NCBI GenBank assembly: GCA_044229845.1
Contig: JBGASG010000001.1
Coordinates: 1,007,791-1,071,790 of the forward strand
Length of the DNA: 64,000 bases
Origin: Candidatus Obscuribacteraceae bacterium
GTDB lineage: Bacteria > Cyanobacteriota > Vampirovibrionia > Obscuribacterales > Obscuribacteraceae
Direction: 5' to 3'
A program made the position numbers and the translations under genes. Every line of letters starts with the position of its first letter. Position 1 is the stretch's first letter. Positions 29,030 to 40,034 of the stretch are shown here, in pieces. Below the pieces are notes generated by a model. That model made no database searches. It was not told the origin of the DNA and was given only the letters and a program-made list of their open reading frames with translations.

Positions 29030-30703
29030 CTAATCCAGATTCGCCGCTTTGGCACGGTTGATGGCGGTGCGCACGTTTTTTGCGCCCTTGTCGTCATGGG
29101 CTTGCGTGAGCATCTTCACATAGTCCTCCATGGCGTATTCGTAGTCGAGCGGATTGGTCTGCAACACCCGTTTATACAGAGCCGTTGCGATGCGTTTGTT
29201 CGCCTGCGTAATCGGATGGTTCTCGCCCCAGAAATTACGCGACGACAGCCAGGCCGTATATTGCGAGTGCGCCAGCGTTGAAGCGGCGCTCAGCGAATCG
29301 CGAGATTCAGGACCTGCCGCCTGGTCGTCTCGCATCAACCGCACCGTCTCTGCCACCATCGACGTGCGATAGCTCTCACTTGGTGCGCAAGTAATCGAGT
29401 CCCAGTATTCGAGATTTGGTGTCAGCATATCTATCTGTGCGCAGAGTTTGTCTTCTTCGCGACCGGCATCGTCGCGTTTCTTCACGAGCTTGAATTTGTG
29501 ATAGCGCTCAGGTTTTGTGCTTGACCCTGGCGGATGTCCCCAGACCGATGCGTTGCCGCTGATTTCGTCGGCGCCGACCCAGGTCGATTCCAACCTCATG
29601 TTAGGCTCGCCGATGATGCGCATAACTAACTTGCCGTCGTCTCCAAAGATCCCTTCAACTCGTCCCCCGGCCGGAGTGAGTGTATCGCTGAAGTTGTAGC
29701 CTGAATATCCGTAGATGCGATCGCCGAGCTTCCAGAGTATCGCATGAATAACTGCCGGTCCTTCGGCCACGCCACCGCGCCTCGATAATCCATATTCAAC
29801 TTTGATCGGCGGATCGAGCTGCAATTCCCACGACCTGCCGAACTCCGGATCCGGTCTCTGAAACGCGGCGAGCTCAGGCGGCTGCGGTCGATTTGGATTG
29901 ATGTACGTAGCCATTCCCAGCGAACTGGTGTCTTCCTCGGGCACATCGAAACTGCTAATAATCGTCCCTTGATAGTTTTTTGGATCTGATACCGTAATCG
30001 ATGCGTTCGTTTTGCCGGTTGCCGCAACACGTGTCAATGTGACATGCGCGGGACCGATATCGAATTCCATATTGGTTGATGGTGTCTTGGTCGGTTCGTA
30101 CAAGGCTTTTATGTCTACAGTCTTAATGCCGAAGTTGGTAATCAGCATCACGTGCGTCGAAGCGTCCCTGCCAACCACCAGCAATGGACTGTGGGACACC
30201 AGCGTGTACCGCATACCTTCCTCAGTCCTGGTGGGATACACGGGGTGACCATCTTCCCATGCGAATGCTCCGGATGTTGCTTTGCTTGTGGCGGACATCT
30301 CGGGTGCCGGTGCGTCCTTTGAAGTGACGCGCACCGCATAAACAGGATCGTCGCTGTTTTCCACATCTCGTCGTAACCCGAGGCATTCGATGCTGAACGT
30401 CTTTCCCGAATCCCATACTTGCAAGCGATTGCTGAGCGGCAGCGAGTTGCCTTCTGTCCCCGCATAATTCAGGTGCACCACCGGACCTGATTCGTCGGCA
30501 TCGATGTGCAAATGCGGCGTAAGTTCAATAGTGGAATTTCGATCTACCGACTGGACGCCTGACGGAAGCGGATACTGTTCGCCGCCGCTCAAACCCATGC
30601 CGCAACCACTGAGCGAGCCGAGCACCGCGAACGCAATTCCGAGCCTTCGAATCATAAGGAATTTTGGCATCTCTAAAAGCGTAGCAAACGGCGTACTGCT
30701 CAT
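29030..30703 (-). CDS. Hypothetical lipoprotein
   Basis: Lipobox LSGC after a hydrophobic stretch; helical TPR-like C-terminus. Confidence 0.65.
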   Translation of the reverse strand: MSSTPFATLLEMPKFLMIRRLGIAFAVLGSLSGCGMGLSGGEQYPLPSGVQSVDRNSTIELTPHLHIDADESGPVVHLNYAGTEGNSLPLSNRLQVWDSGKTFSIECLGLRRDVENSDDPVYAVRVTSKDAPAPEMSATSKATSGAFAWEDGHPVYPTRTEEGMRYTLVSHSPLLVVGRDASTHVMLITNFGIKTVDIKALYEPTKTPSTNMEFDIGPAHVTLTRVAATGKTNASITVSDPKNYQGTIISSFDVPEEDTSSLGMATYINPNRPQPPELAAFQRPDPEFGRSWELQLDPPIKVEYGLSRRGGVAEGPAVIHAILWKLGDRIYGYSGYNFSDTLTPAGGRVEGIFGDDGKLVMRIIGEPNMRLESTWVGADEISGNASVWGHPPGSSTKPERYHKFKLVKKRDDAGREEDKLCAQIDMLTPNLEYWDSITCAPSESYRTSMVAETVRLMRDDQAAGPESRDSLSAASTLAHSQYTAWLSSRNFWGENHPITQANKRIATALYKRVLQTNPLDYEYAMEDYVKMLTQAHDDKGAKNVRTAINRAKAANLD

Positions 30704-31070
30704 TCAACCACGGGTTACGCCGAGTGCCACGGGGAGGAGTTCTGTTTTAATGCATACAGTCACTAGGGTAGGGCGTTCAGTTGGGATGTCGAGAAGGATT
30801 GAAATGCCGCCAATGTAGCGGAATGTGTCGCGTCTTATATGGTTTCCCACTACACAGAGCCGCTTACCGTGCGCCTCGGAGCGGGACTGACGTAGGCGAA
30901 TGCCCGCAACTCCCTCGCACGAATAATCGTGGAAAAGCGCACGCAGTGCAGCTTTCCTGGCACGCAAGCGCATGGGCAATTCGATGCTTCACCGCGGCCG
31001 GTGGCACTCTCCTCCGCTGGGGAAAGCCGCAGAACCTGCATTCCAAGCGCCTTTCCTACTTCTGCGTCCA

Positions 31071-31099
31071 TTGACAACCTTGTGAGCATTTGCTATTCT
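31071..31099 (+). promoter_or_regulatory. Strong sigma70-type promoter upstream of the rhs operon
   Basis: TTGACA(31071-31076)-N17-TATTCT(31094-31099) with an extended -10 TG. Confidence 0.7.
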
Positions 31100-31565
31100 A
31101 CACTTTAGGAAACCGCATCACGACCCGTCGGAGATGAGACTTGCGGTCGTAGTTGCAAAACATTTGCAGGAAGGCAGGGGAGATTGAAATAGGAGGAACC
31201 AAACTCACACTAGCAGGAATCGGTGTTTGTCCTTAGTACCACGAGCGATATCAACTTATCAGTTGATTGATGGCTAGATTGGCAGAAGTACGTAAGTACA
31301 AACAGCCGCTTCAGGAATTATTCAACGACAGAACACGCAGCACACGCTGGGGCTGGCAGAGCGAAGTCTCTGACGATGCTTGGCGGGTAATGGGAAGGAA
31401 GCCTCATTCCAAGACGAGGAAGGCGCCTTTTCTATCGACCTAAGCCAGCCTCAGCGTTGTTCCCAACAATCCTGACAAGGAGAGTTGTCGAAGTTCCGTT
31501 CTGGCAGCGAATAGAGCACTGCGAGACCCCATATCTCGCATATCCGAACTCATACTCGCACGGAG

Positions 31566-32039
31566 GTGTGGTGCGTCATGTTGCACGTCTTTAACGAGCA
31601 CCATAAGCGGTGCTGTGCTTCAAAAGCGAAGTTTCGCCGCTTCGACCTGATAGAACAAATACTCTGGCTCACGGTAGTCCTCGGGGCAATTCTGCTGTTG
31701 ATTTGTCTGGCGGCCCAGGCAGCCACCCGTGACCCCGTTTTCAGCCTGCCTTCCTCGACCTTGTCGAAGCCGGCTCAAGTGGCAATCAGTATTCCTTGTA
31801 ATGGAGAAACGCGCTACACCATCGACGGTACCACCCCCAGTGGCAGTAGCGCGCTCTATACAAAACCATTCCTGGTTAGCTGGACACAGACGGTAAAGGC
31901 TATCTCAATTGTGAGTGCTGTTTCTAGCAACGTCGTTTCCAAAACGTATACATTGGATTCGGCAAAGTTTCCCGCACCATCCGCTGGTGGCACCACCGCA
32001 CCAGTGATTAACTTACAACTTCCTACGACCGGTCAGTAA
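31566..32039 (+). CDS. Secreted chitobiase/beta-hexosaminidase C-terminal (Fn3-associated) domain protein
   Basis: Signal-like helix, then PVFSLPS...TRYTIDGTTPSGSSALYTKPF...TVKAI; lies directly upstream of rhs. Confidence 0.75.
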   Translation: MWCVMLHVFNEHHKRCCASKAKFRRFDLIEQILWLTVVLGAILLLICLAAQAATRDPVFSLPSSTLSKPAQVAISIPCNGETRYTIDGTTPSGSSALYTKPFLVSWTQTVKAISIVSAVSSNVVSKTYTLDSAKFPAPSAGGTTAPVINLQLPTTGQ

Positions 32040-32059
32040 TCTGACAAAGAAGGAGAACT

Positions 32060-35000
32060 ATGTTTCGCAGAGTCAATCGTCGCCAGATATTCAGACAAGT
32101 CACGAGTTCGCTCATGACACTTCTGATTGCTTACCCGCAGGTGGTAGTACCTGTGGTGGCAGCTGAGCCTCCACACCCCGCGAGGCGCTCGGTGCACGCA
32201 CCGAAGAAGAAACCTCACCATCCTATTGGTGCGGTCAGCGCTCAAGAGCGGGCGGCAATGGCGACGGCGCGAAAGCATCAGTTCGTTTTGTCAGCTGCTC
32301 CTACGGACGCAGAGATTTTCAGATCGAGGGCATTCTCAGAGCCACTGGTGCCTATGGCAGGATCACCAGTGGACGGAGAGAATGGCGAGCTTGCGAAGGC
32401 GCTGATTGCATTCAAGGCAAAGAATGACCTGGAAGACGTGTCCGCGATCACTGCCTTTATGGATCAGCATCCGAATTCGCGCTGGAATGCGGCACTAGCA
32501 CTAAATGTTGGACTAATTTGTAGAGAAACGGGCTTCATCAGTCGGGCGCTTGTACTCTTGAAGCGCGCCTGGGACGAATCAAAGAAGCGCAACGGCGAAG
32601 CGGAGTCCCGAATCGGGCAGCGAGCGATTTCGGAATTGCTATTTTTAGAAGGAACCATCGGTAGACTGGCTGAAATGAAGGCCGGGCTTCTCGATATCGG
32701 CGACCGTCCGATGGTCGGATCGAACCGAGAGAGGGTTGATGCAGCGCGTGACGCTGTTCAGGTTATGGAAAAGGCGCCAGGCGTTGCGTTCAGATGCGGT
32801 CCACGCGCCGTCCAGACGTTACTTGAGCAGAAGCAGGGCGCGCCTGTGCCCGCTGATTCGTTCATCAGATCGGCGCAGTCAACAAGCAAGGGAAACTCAT
32901 TGCTTGAGGTCAAGCAATTGGCTGAGCGAGGCGGTTTGCAAATGCAAGTAGCCAAGCGCGCGCCGGGTGCAGAAGTATTGCTGCCTGCTGTCATGCACTG
33001 GAAGGCAGGACACTATGGAGCATTGACAGCGTCGGCCGGCGATAAATTCCACGTTGAAGATCCGACTTTTGACCGTAACGGTCCGTTGTGGATAAGTAAA
33101 ACTGCAATTGATTCGGAGAGCGACGGGTTCTTCCTTGTGCGCGCTGGGCAGCTACCAGCCGGCTGGCAATCCGTATCAAATGAAGAGGCTGCGACTGTAT
33201 TTGGAAAGGGCTACATGCAAACGAGTAACGAGAATAAGAGCTCGTCTGCGCCGATCGTTTCGTTTGCCCCTCCAGGCAAACATGTTTGGGCAATAAGCGT
33301 GCCATCGCAGTCGCCAAGTAAAACGCCAAGCAACACGGCAAGCCCACCGCAGTCGTCGAATCCCGGCGACCCATCTGATGATGATTCGTGCACTGTGGGC
33401 AAGGGGGCGCACAATTTTGAAGCGCAGGACTGGAATGGCAATTGGACAGACATAACTCCTATGGCAGTGGCAGACTGCTGGGCCATGCAGTGCGAACTAA
33501 AGATCTCAGATGTGCCGCTAGGTTACAACTTGCCAATCGGACCTGCGATGGGCTTTTCTGTCAATTACAATCAGAATGAGATCGAGCAACCGACCACCTT
33601 TACTTTCTCAAATTTGGGACCGAACTGGTCGACAAACTGGGTGTCGTGGATCAGTGTAGATGGTTCCGATAAAGCAACAGTACATCTGCGCGGCGGCGGG
33701 GTTGAACCACACATATACAGTGGCAATTCGGGGGATCCATACTCACCGGATTTGTATTCGCAAGCTGATATCGAGGTCCCCAGTGCTGGCGTCTATCATC
33801 GGATGCTTGCTGATGGCTCCATCGAAGTATTCGACCTCGATGACGGCAACGACAATTTCTTTATGACAGAAGTAATTGATTCGTCGGGTAACTCGACGAC
33901 GATTCAATACGATGTCGACTTCCGAATCGCTTCTGTCACAGATATGAATGGCAATGTCAGCACGTTCGACCACGCTTCAAACAATCCACTCGATAGCGAC
34001 TTCTATTTGATCTCGGCGATCCACGATCCATTTGGAAGATCGTGTTCATTTTTCTATGATGGAAATGGATTTCTCGAAACGATCACCGATCTTGTTGGCA
34101 TCGAATCAAGCTTTACGTACGATGTTGGGACTGGCTTCATAGAGTCGATGACGACGCCATACGGCACGAGTTCATTTGACAGTTACTCAATTACAGCGGG
34201 TTACATTTATCCCGGTAGGGGTTTGAGTATTTCATACCCTGATGGCACCAGTTCTGTAATTGAGCACACATTGGATCACGAAAACGAAACGCATTATTGG
34301 GACCGCGAGGCCATGGCACGCTACCCAAATGATCCAACCAACCGGATATTTTCGCACTGCCGCAAGACAACGTGGTTTGCTGAGGGTTTCTCAGCTAATG
34401 TTGCGCCAATTGCACGTGCTTCAAAGAATCCGCTTGAGTCTCAGATTGCATACACGTACCCGAATCAAATCTTTTCAGGCTTCTACGACACACTAAACCG
34501 GCCGAGCGCAATCACGCAACGAAATGACTATAATTTGAAAGCGCGTTTTTCGATTACGGGCACCATCACGCCAGGAGATATTCTCTCGGTGCGGATCTGG
34601 AATAACCTGCTGCCGGGTACAGTGAATACGGTATCCTATACGGTGCAGAGCGGAGACACCGCCAACGATATACTCGAAGAATTGGGCGACCTGGTCAACA
34701 ACGACAGCGAATTTCTCAAGCGCGGAATCTACGCTGAAATGGACGATGGCTACCTGGTCGTAACTCCCGAAGATGTCTATTACAGTTATCCGCAGGCGCT
34801 GACATCAGGCGGCGCTACCGAGACTTTCACAGCGGAGCTGGAACAGGACTGGAGCCGCTCTCCCGTGAGCATAGTTTTCGGCGGCACACCAACTGCCGGT
34901 GACATTGTCTACTTGCACTCGGCTTATCCACCTACCTACCCAGTCTTCTCGTACACTGTCGTCAGTGGAGACACGCTGGAAACGATCGCTCAGAAAGTTG

Positions 35001-38000
35001 CATACATGCTAACGGATGACTCGTTCAGTCGTTCCCATAATTGCTCCTTCTCTGCGAGCGGTAACAAGATCTTTTGTCACTTGGGCTGGGGAGTCGGTGC
35101 GTTCTGGGCTAACTACTCAGGCAACACGACAGCCGGGACCAGCGCTGTGACCGATCAAACCCAATCGCTGTACGAGTGGAACGTACTTGGTTATCCCACC
35201 AAAGTCACCGATCCCGCCGGGCGCGAGATTTCCTACGAGTACGCCGCAAACAATATTGATTTGGAGGAAATTCACGAAACTCGCGACAGCAATGACTTCG
35301 TCCTTGCGACTTTTACATATAACAGCCAGCACCTGCCGCTGACAAAAATAGACGGCTCAGGACAAGAGACCGACATGACATACAATGTCTTCGGGCAGCT
35401 CACCTCTGTCACGGATACCCTGTCTAATGTGACGACGTACGAATATACCTCAACGGAGACAGCCACCATTGGCGGCACCATCAGCTCGGGCAACCAGGCA
35501 AGCATCACCGTGTCTGATCCGGATCTGCCTGGTGGCTCGGAGACGGTATCTCACACCGCTACGCCGGGGCAAACGGCTAGCAACGTCGCTGCATCATTGG
35601 CTTCCAATATCAATGGCAATACAGATCTGCAGACCCTCGGCGTTTCGGCGAGTGCAAGTGGTGCAGACTTGACCATCAAGTCTGTTTCGGTCAACGCGAC
35701 GAGCTATAGCCAGGCGGTAACTGGCGGCGTGACCGTCTCCCTGTCGCCGGTCGCCTATGGCTTCCTGACAAAAATAACCGGTCCGCTTCAAGAAGACGAT
35801 GTCACAACCCTGGTCTGGAATGAAAACGGAACGCTCGCGTCAAGCACGGATGCGGAAGGTTACACATTGTCGTTTGACTACGATGACATGGATCGTTTGG
35901 TCAAAACGACATTTCCTGATCAGACCACGCAGCAGATAGTGTTCCAAGACCTTGATGCGATCTTCTTCATAGATAGACTGGGGAGGACCACACAACGGTC
36001 ATTCGACAACATGGACCAGCTCGCATTCGAGATTGATCCGCTGGGCAGAAAGACATCCTATAACTGGTGCTCTTGTGGATCTTTGAGCACACTAGTCGAT
36101 GCTGTTGGACACACAACGACCTGGAATCACGATTTACAGGGACGAGTCATTGAAAAAATCCTGGAGGACGGTTCAACCACAAAGTACATCTGGGAAGCCA
36201 ATCGCAGCGTGCTTCAACTGAAGCGCGACGCTCTTGGACAAGAATCACAGTACTATCACAATTGGGACGGCAGTTTAAATTCCGTCCACTACGAAAATGC
36301 GGTGAACGCCACGTCCACCGTTCTCAATACGTACGACATGCATTTCAACCGTCTGATTCAAGCCCGCAATGGCTGGGGCACCTACGATTACGAATACAAC
36401 GATTACATTACTGACCCGACCGATCCTCCCATCACAGGTGGTGGCAGGCTGGCGACGATTACAAATACCGTTATCCCGAATTCCGACATAGCTTTTGAAT
36501 ATGACGAAATGGGAAGAACGACAAACCGCTCCATAGATGGTGCAAACAATTCCATCGATTGGGTTTACGATGGAATGTCTCGGGTCCTTTCAGAGACGAA
36601 CGAACTCGGGCAATTCGACTTCACCTATGTGGATGATGGCGTCGGCGTTTCCAAAGGGCAATCACGGCTCGCCAGCATCGCTTATCCGAATGGTCAAACG
36701 ACCAACTTCGATTGGTACGAAAACGATCAAGATCAACGCTTACGCGAGATAAAGAACTTAGATCCAAATTCGCAAGCTCTCTCGCAATTCAACTACGCGC
36801 AAGATCCTTCGGGACAGATCACCCGTTGGATGCAACAGCAGAAGAGTCGACACCTCGGTTTCGGACTTGATTACGATTCCGCAGGTCAACTCACCGGGGC
36901 GGTCAGTGGCAAGGGCGTTCTGCCCGCACCATTCGCAGACCAGCATTTCTTCTCGTACGACTCCGCTGCCAATCGCACCGGCGTGCAAACCAGCCAGGTC
37001 CAAAATCTGGTTATCGCTGGCAGTAAGACCACCAGTGATGTCATCACTGTCACGGCAACTGACAGCGGTCTGAGCGGCGGCACTGAAGCGGTCGCGTACA
37101 CAGTGCTTTCAGGAGACACGTTAACGACGATTGCGGCCAATCTGGCTGCAACGATTACTGCAAACTCCGATTGCCAGTCGGTCGGCATCGATGCCGTTTC
37201 GAGCGGCACAACCGTGACGATCAGATCGAAGTCACCGAATGTGACTACCTTTGCGACGAGCTTGAGTGGTGGTGCGACAGAAACCGCCAGCCTTGGTGTG
37301 AATGCCGCCGTGCATAACGCCACTATCGGAGGAACACCAACCACGAGCGACGTTGTTCAAATAACTGTCCACGACCCAGCTCTCGGCGGCGGTTCGACCA
37401 GCGTCAGCCGCACCGTCCAGGGCGGGGACACGTTGACCTCAATTGCGACTGCACTAACTTCCTCTATAAATGGAAGCGGCAGCCTCTCCGGCGCCGGCAT
37501 CACCGCTACATCTAATGGACCTGTGATCGCGATCCAGTCGCTCTCTCCGAATGTGACAACGTTCACGAAATCAGTGACGGGCGCAGGCACGGAAACCGTG
37601 GCTATGGGTCCAAGCCTCAACGGCACAGTCAAAGCATTGATTGCCGGGAGTAAGACAACATCAGATGTCTTAACGCTCACCGTTTTCGATCCGGGGCTAT
37701 CCGGCGGGTCTAAGGGTGTTTCGTACACAGTCCAAAGCGGAGACAACCTGACCTCTATCGCGAGCGGGTTCGCCTCCGCAATCAACGCGGACACGGATCT
37801 GCAAGGCATAGGCGTAACAGCCAGTGCCTCAAGCACCACGCTGACCGTGACATCCGTGTCTCGCAACGCCACCAGCTATCTTCCGTCGAGAAGTAGCAGC
37901 GCAACCGAAACCATTCTCTGGGACCTCCCAGCGAACGGCACGGTGACGGCTGTCATTGGCGGGACCAAGACAACAGGCAATGTACTCACGATAACGACCT

Positions 38001-39583
38001 ACGACGCTGGCTTGGCCGGCGGCTCTAAGGCCGTAAATTACACGGTCCAGAGCGGCGACACGCTGAATTCCATTGCTTCGGGAGTTGCGACCAACATCAA
38101 TGCCGACACGGACCTCCAAGGGGTAAGTGTGTCCGCTGTTGCGGTCACTCCGACCTCTGGCGTCTCGGTCGTCAACCTGATTTCAGCGTCCAAGAACGCG
38201 ACCACATATGCCAAGTCCCTGAGCGGAGGAGCTACCGAGACGATTGCGCTAAGCAAAAACGTCGGGGTTTCTCAAGCCACATTCAACAATGTGAACGAGC
38301 TGACCGGGGTTTCTGCCGGTGGCAACGCCCGATTCCAAGGAAACACGGACAGACCGGTCTTGCCGGTCACCGTGGCAGGCAATGCCGTTGACATGCCGAC
38401 ATCCCAGAGTTTCTCTGGAAATGCAGCTCTGTCGTCTGGCAGTAACAGCGTCTCTGTAAGCGCAACCGCCGGAGGCGGAAGCGGCACAACCACGAACGCG
38501 CACAAGCTGGAAGTGGTTGGTGCGGGCACTCAAACGCTCACCTTCGATGACAACGGCAACATGACCAGTGATGGTACGAATACCTTCGTATGGGACGCGG
38601 AAAACCGTTTGATTCAGATCACGTATCCAAGCGCGAACAACAAGACTGAGTTCACGTACTCGCCGACTGGGGGCCGGGTCAAGATTGTCGAGACGGTCTC
38701 GGGCTCTGTGACTTCGACGAAGCAATTTGTTAGCGGGGAGGAGCGTGATGGAAGTGGCAATGTGACTAAAATGTTTTTCTCGCAAGGAGTACAGGACGGA
38801 GCGGATAGCTACTTCTATACAAAGGACCACTTAGGCTCCATCCGCGCACTAGTGGATGATTCGGGAATTGTTCAGGGGGCATTCGCTTTCGATCCCTATG
38901 GCAGATCAACCCGACTTGAGGGCACCGTCGATAGTGATTTTGGATTTGCTGGCATGTATCTGCACGCCAGAAGCGGGCTGGGACTGACAGCGTTCAGAGC
39001 ATACAGCTCAACCTATGCACAGTGGTTGAGTCGAGATCCTGTTGCATCGGCTGGCGATTCATATACCTACGCGGGAAATAGACCCACAATAGCGAAGGAT
39101 CCATTGGGGCTGCTTTATACGCTCGAGATTGATCCTTCGGGAACAGAGGTTTGGATCACGCTGCCATTAAGTTTTGAGGGCGACGGGGTCTCGCAGGATC
39201 GCATCAATCAATACATCCAAGGGATTGAATCCACCTGGTCTAACCAGTTTGGAAAATACAATGTCCACATGAAAGTAGTTCAGCCGCCTAAGGGGCAACC
39301 GTGTAATTCCATCTCTTTGCGAAAGTTTGGTCGACGGTCAAAGAGCAGTTACGAAAAATCAAATGGTAAATGGATTAACTGGATTATGGACTTGATGGGA
39401 CCAGGATGGTCGGCGGCGCATGAAGCCGGGCATCTAATGGGGTTGGACGACACCTACTTTTTCATTGGCGACGTTGGCATTCCAGGAACAGGGTCCGACG
39501 ATATCATGGGTGGCAAGCCAGGGTCCAAGCCGAATGAAGGTGTAATTCAGCAAATTATCAACAACTCTACACCGATACCGTGA
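32060..39583 (+). CDS. Full-length Rhs/YD-repeat polymorphic toxin (Rhs1): signal peptide, C39-peptidase-like domain, inserted repeat domains, HExxH metallopeptidase tip
   Basis: FRCGP...MHWKAGHY (C39-like); YD repeats; core end WLSRDPV...DPLGL; tip AAHEAGHLMGLDD; RBS AAGGAG. Confidence 0.92.
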   Translation: MFRRVNRRQIFRQVTSSLMTLLIAYPQVVVPVVAAEPPHPARRSVHAPKKKPHHPIGAVSAQERAAMATARKHQFVLSAAPTDAEIFRSRAFSEPLVPMAGSPVDGENGELAKALIAFKAKNDLEDVSAITAFMDQHPNSRWNAALALNVGLICRETGFISRALVLLKRAWDESKKRNGEAESRIGQRAISELLFLEGTIGRLAEMKAGLLDIGDRPMVGSNRERVDAARDAVQVMEKAPGVAFRCGPRAVQTLLEQKQGAPVPADSFIRSAQSTSKGNSLLEVKQLAERGGLQMQVAKRAPGAEVLLPAVMHWKAGHYGALTASAGDKFHVEDPTFDRNGPLWISKTAIDSESDGFFLVRAGQLPAGWQSVSNEEAATVFGKGYMQTSNENKSSSAPIVSFAPPGKHVWAISVPSQSPSKTPSNTASPPQSSNPGDPSDDDSCTVGKGAHNFEAQDWNGNWTDITPMAVADCWAMQCELKISDVPLGYNLPIGPAMGFSVNYNQNEIEQPTTFTFSNLGPNWSTNWVSWISVDGSDKATVHLRGGGVEPHIYSGNSGDPYSPDLYSQADIEVPSAGVYHRMLADGSIEVFDLDDGNDNFFMTEVIDSSGNSTTIQYDVDFRIASVTDMNGNVSTFDHASNNPLDSDFYLISAIHDPFGRSCSFFYDGNGFLETITDLVGIESSFTYDVGTGFIESMTTPYGTSSFDSYSITAGYIYPGRGLSISYPDGTSSVIEHTLDHENETHYWDREAMARYPNDPTNRIFSHCRKTTWFAEGFSANVAPIARASKNPLESQIAYTYPNQIFSGFYDTLNRPSAITQRNDYNLKARFSITGTITPGDILSVRIWNNLLPGTVNTVSYTVQSGDTANDILEELGDLVNNDSEFLKRGIYAEMDDGYLVVTPEDVYYSYPQALTSGGATETFTAELEQDWSRSPVSIVFGGTPTAGDIVYLHSAYPPTYPVFSYTVVSGDTLETIAQKVAYMLTDDSFSRSHNCSFSASGNKIFCHLGWGVGAFWANYSGNTTAGTSAVTDQTQSLYEWNVLGYPTKVTDPAGREISYEYAANNIDLEEIHETRDSNDFVLATFTYNSQHLPLTKIDGSGQETDMTYNVFGQLTSVTDTLSNVTTYEYTSTETATIGGTISSGNQASITVSDPDLPGGSETVSHTATPGQTASNVAASLASNINGNTDLQTLGVSASASGADLTIKSVSVNATSYSQAVTGGVTVSLSPVAYGFLTKITGPLQEDDVTTLVWNENGTLASSTDAEGYTLSFDYDDMDRLVKTTFPDQTTQQIVFQDLDAIFFIDRLGRTTQRSFDNMDQLAFEIDPLGRKTSYNWCSCGSLSTLVDAVGHTTTWNHDLQGRVIEKILEDGSTTKYIWEANRSVLQLKRDALGQESQYYHNWDGSLNSVHYENAVNATSTVLNTYDMHFNRLIQARNGWGTYDYEYNDYITDPTDPPITGGGRLATITNTVIPNSDIAFEYDEMGRTTNRSIDGANNSIDWVYDGMSRVLSETNELGQFDFTYVDDGVGVSKGQSRLASIAYPNGQTTNFDWYENDQDQRLREIKNLDPNSQALSQFNYAQDPSGQITRWMQQQKSRHLGFGLDYDSAGQLTGAVSGKGVLPAPFADQHFFSYDSAANRTGVQTSQVQNLVIAGSKTTSDVITVTATDSGLSGGTEAVAYTVLSGDTLTTIAANLAATITANSDCQSVGIDAVSSGTTVTIRSKSPNVTTFATSLSGGATETASLGVNAAVHNATIGGTPTTSDVVQITVHDPALGGGSTSVSRTVQGGDTLTSIATALTSSINGSGSLSGAGITATSNGPVIAIQSLSPNVTTFTKSVTGAGTETVAMGPSLNGTVKALIAGSKTTSDVLTLTVFDPGLSGGSKGVSYTVQSGDNLTSIASGFASAINADTDLQGIGVTASASSTTLTVTSVSRNATSYLPSRSSSATETILWDLPANGTVTAVIGGTKTTGNVLTITTYDAGLAGGSKAVNYTVQSGDTLNSIASGVATNINADTDLQGVSVSAVAVTPTSGVSVVNLISASKNATTYAKSLSGGATETIALSKNVGVSQATFNNVNELTGVSAGGNARFQGNTDRPVLPVTVAGNAVDMPTSQSFSGNAALSSGSNSVSVSATAGGGSGTTTNAHKLEVVGAGTQTLTFDDNGNMTSDGTNTFVWDAENRLIQITYPSANNKTEFTYSPTGGRVKIVETVSGSVTSTKQFVSGEERDGSGNVTKMFFSQGVQDGADSYFYTKDHLGSIRALVDDSGIVQGAFAFDPYGRSTRLEGTVDSDFGFAGMYLHARSGLGLTAFRAYSSTYAQWLSRDPVASAGDSYTYAGNRPTIAKDPLGLLYTLEIDPSGTEVWITLPLSFEGDGVSQDRINQYIQGIESTWSNQFGKYNVHMKVVQPPKGQPCNSISLRKFGRRSKSSYEKSNGKWINWIMDLMGPGWSAAHEAGHLMGLDDTYFFIGDVGIPGTGSDDIMGGKPGSKPNEGVIQQIINNSTPIP

Positions 39584-40034
39584 ACTTAGAGGATGCGACA
39601 CAACGTTTTGTCTTCAGAATCGCTAGCCGGAGCAGTAGTGTTATCCCAATGATGGTGGAAACTATCAGAGTCAGAAGCGCTACACCCCAGCTATCTGAAG
39701 CAACCCAAGGCACATGATTTCTGTTCATAATCGTAATCGTGCTCTGGCGAAACTGCCAGGGCACGTGCACATACATGCAATCTGAAACAGGACGACCACT
39801 GAACTGGACTGACCACAGCTCTTGCAGATTGCAGGTAGAGGCATCCGCAAATCCCACGCGCTCGATCATCTTGGCTGATTGCGCATTCGAAATTAACGCC
39901 CTGAAATTGGCATAGTCAAGGCGGCGGCCATGCTGGGTAGGATCGTGCAACCAAAGGCAAGCCCACGCAATGACAATAGCAAGAGAACTCAAGCCAATCA
40001 GACGCCGCCACTTTCGCACCATCGCATCTTTCAT
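39567..40034 (-). CDS. Two-TM hypothetical protein convergent with Rhs1 (possible partner or immunity protein)
   Basis: N- and C-terminal hydrophobic helices; overlaps the Rhs1 stop region. Confidence 0.5.
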   Translation of the reverse strand: MKDAMVRKWRRLIGLSSLAIVIAWACLWLHDPTQHGRRLDYANFRALISNAQSAKMIERVGFADASTCNLQELWSVQFSGRPVSDCMYVHVPWQFRQSTITIMNRNHVPWVASDSWGVALLTLIVSTIIGITLLLRLAILKTKRCVASSKFTVSV

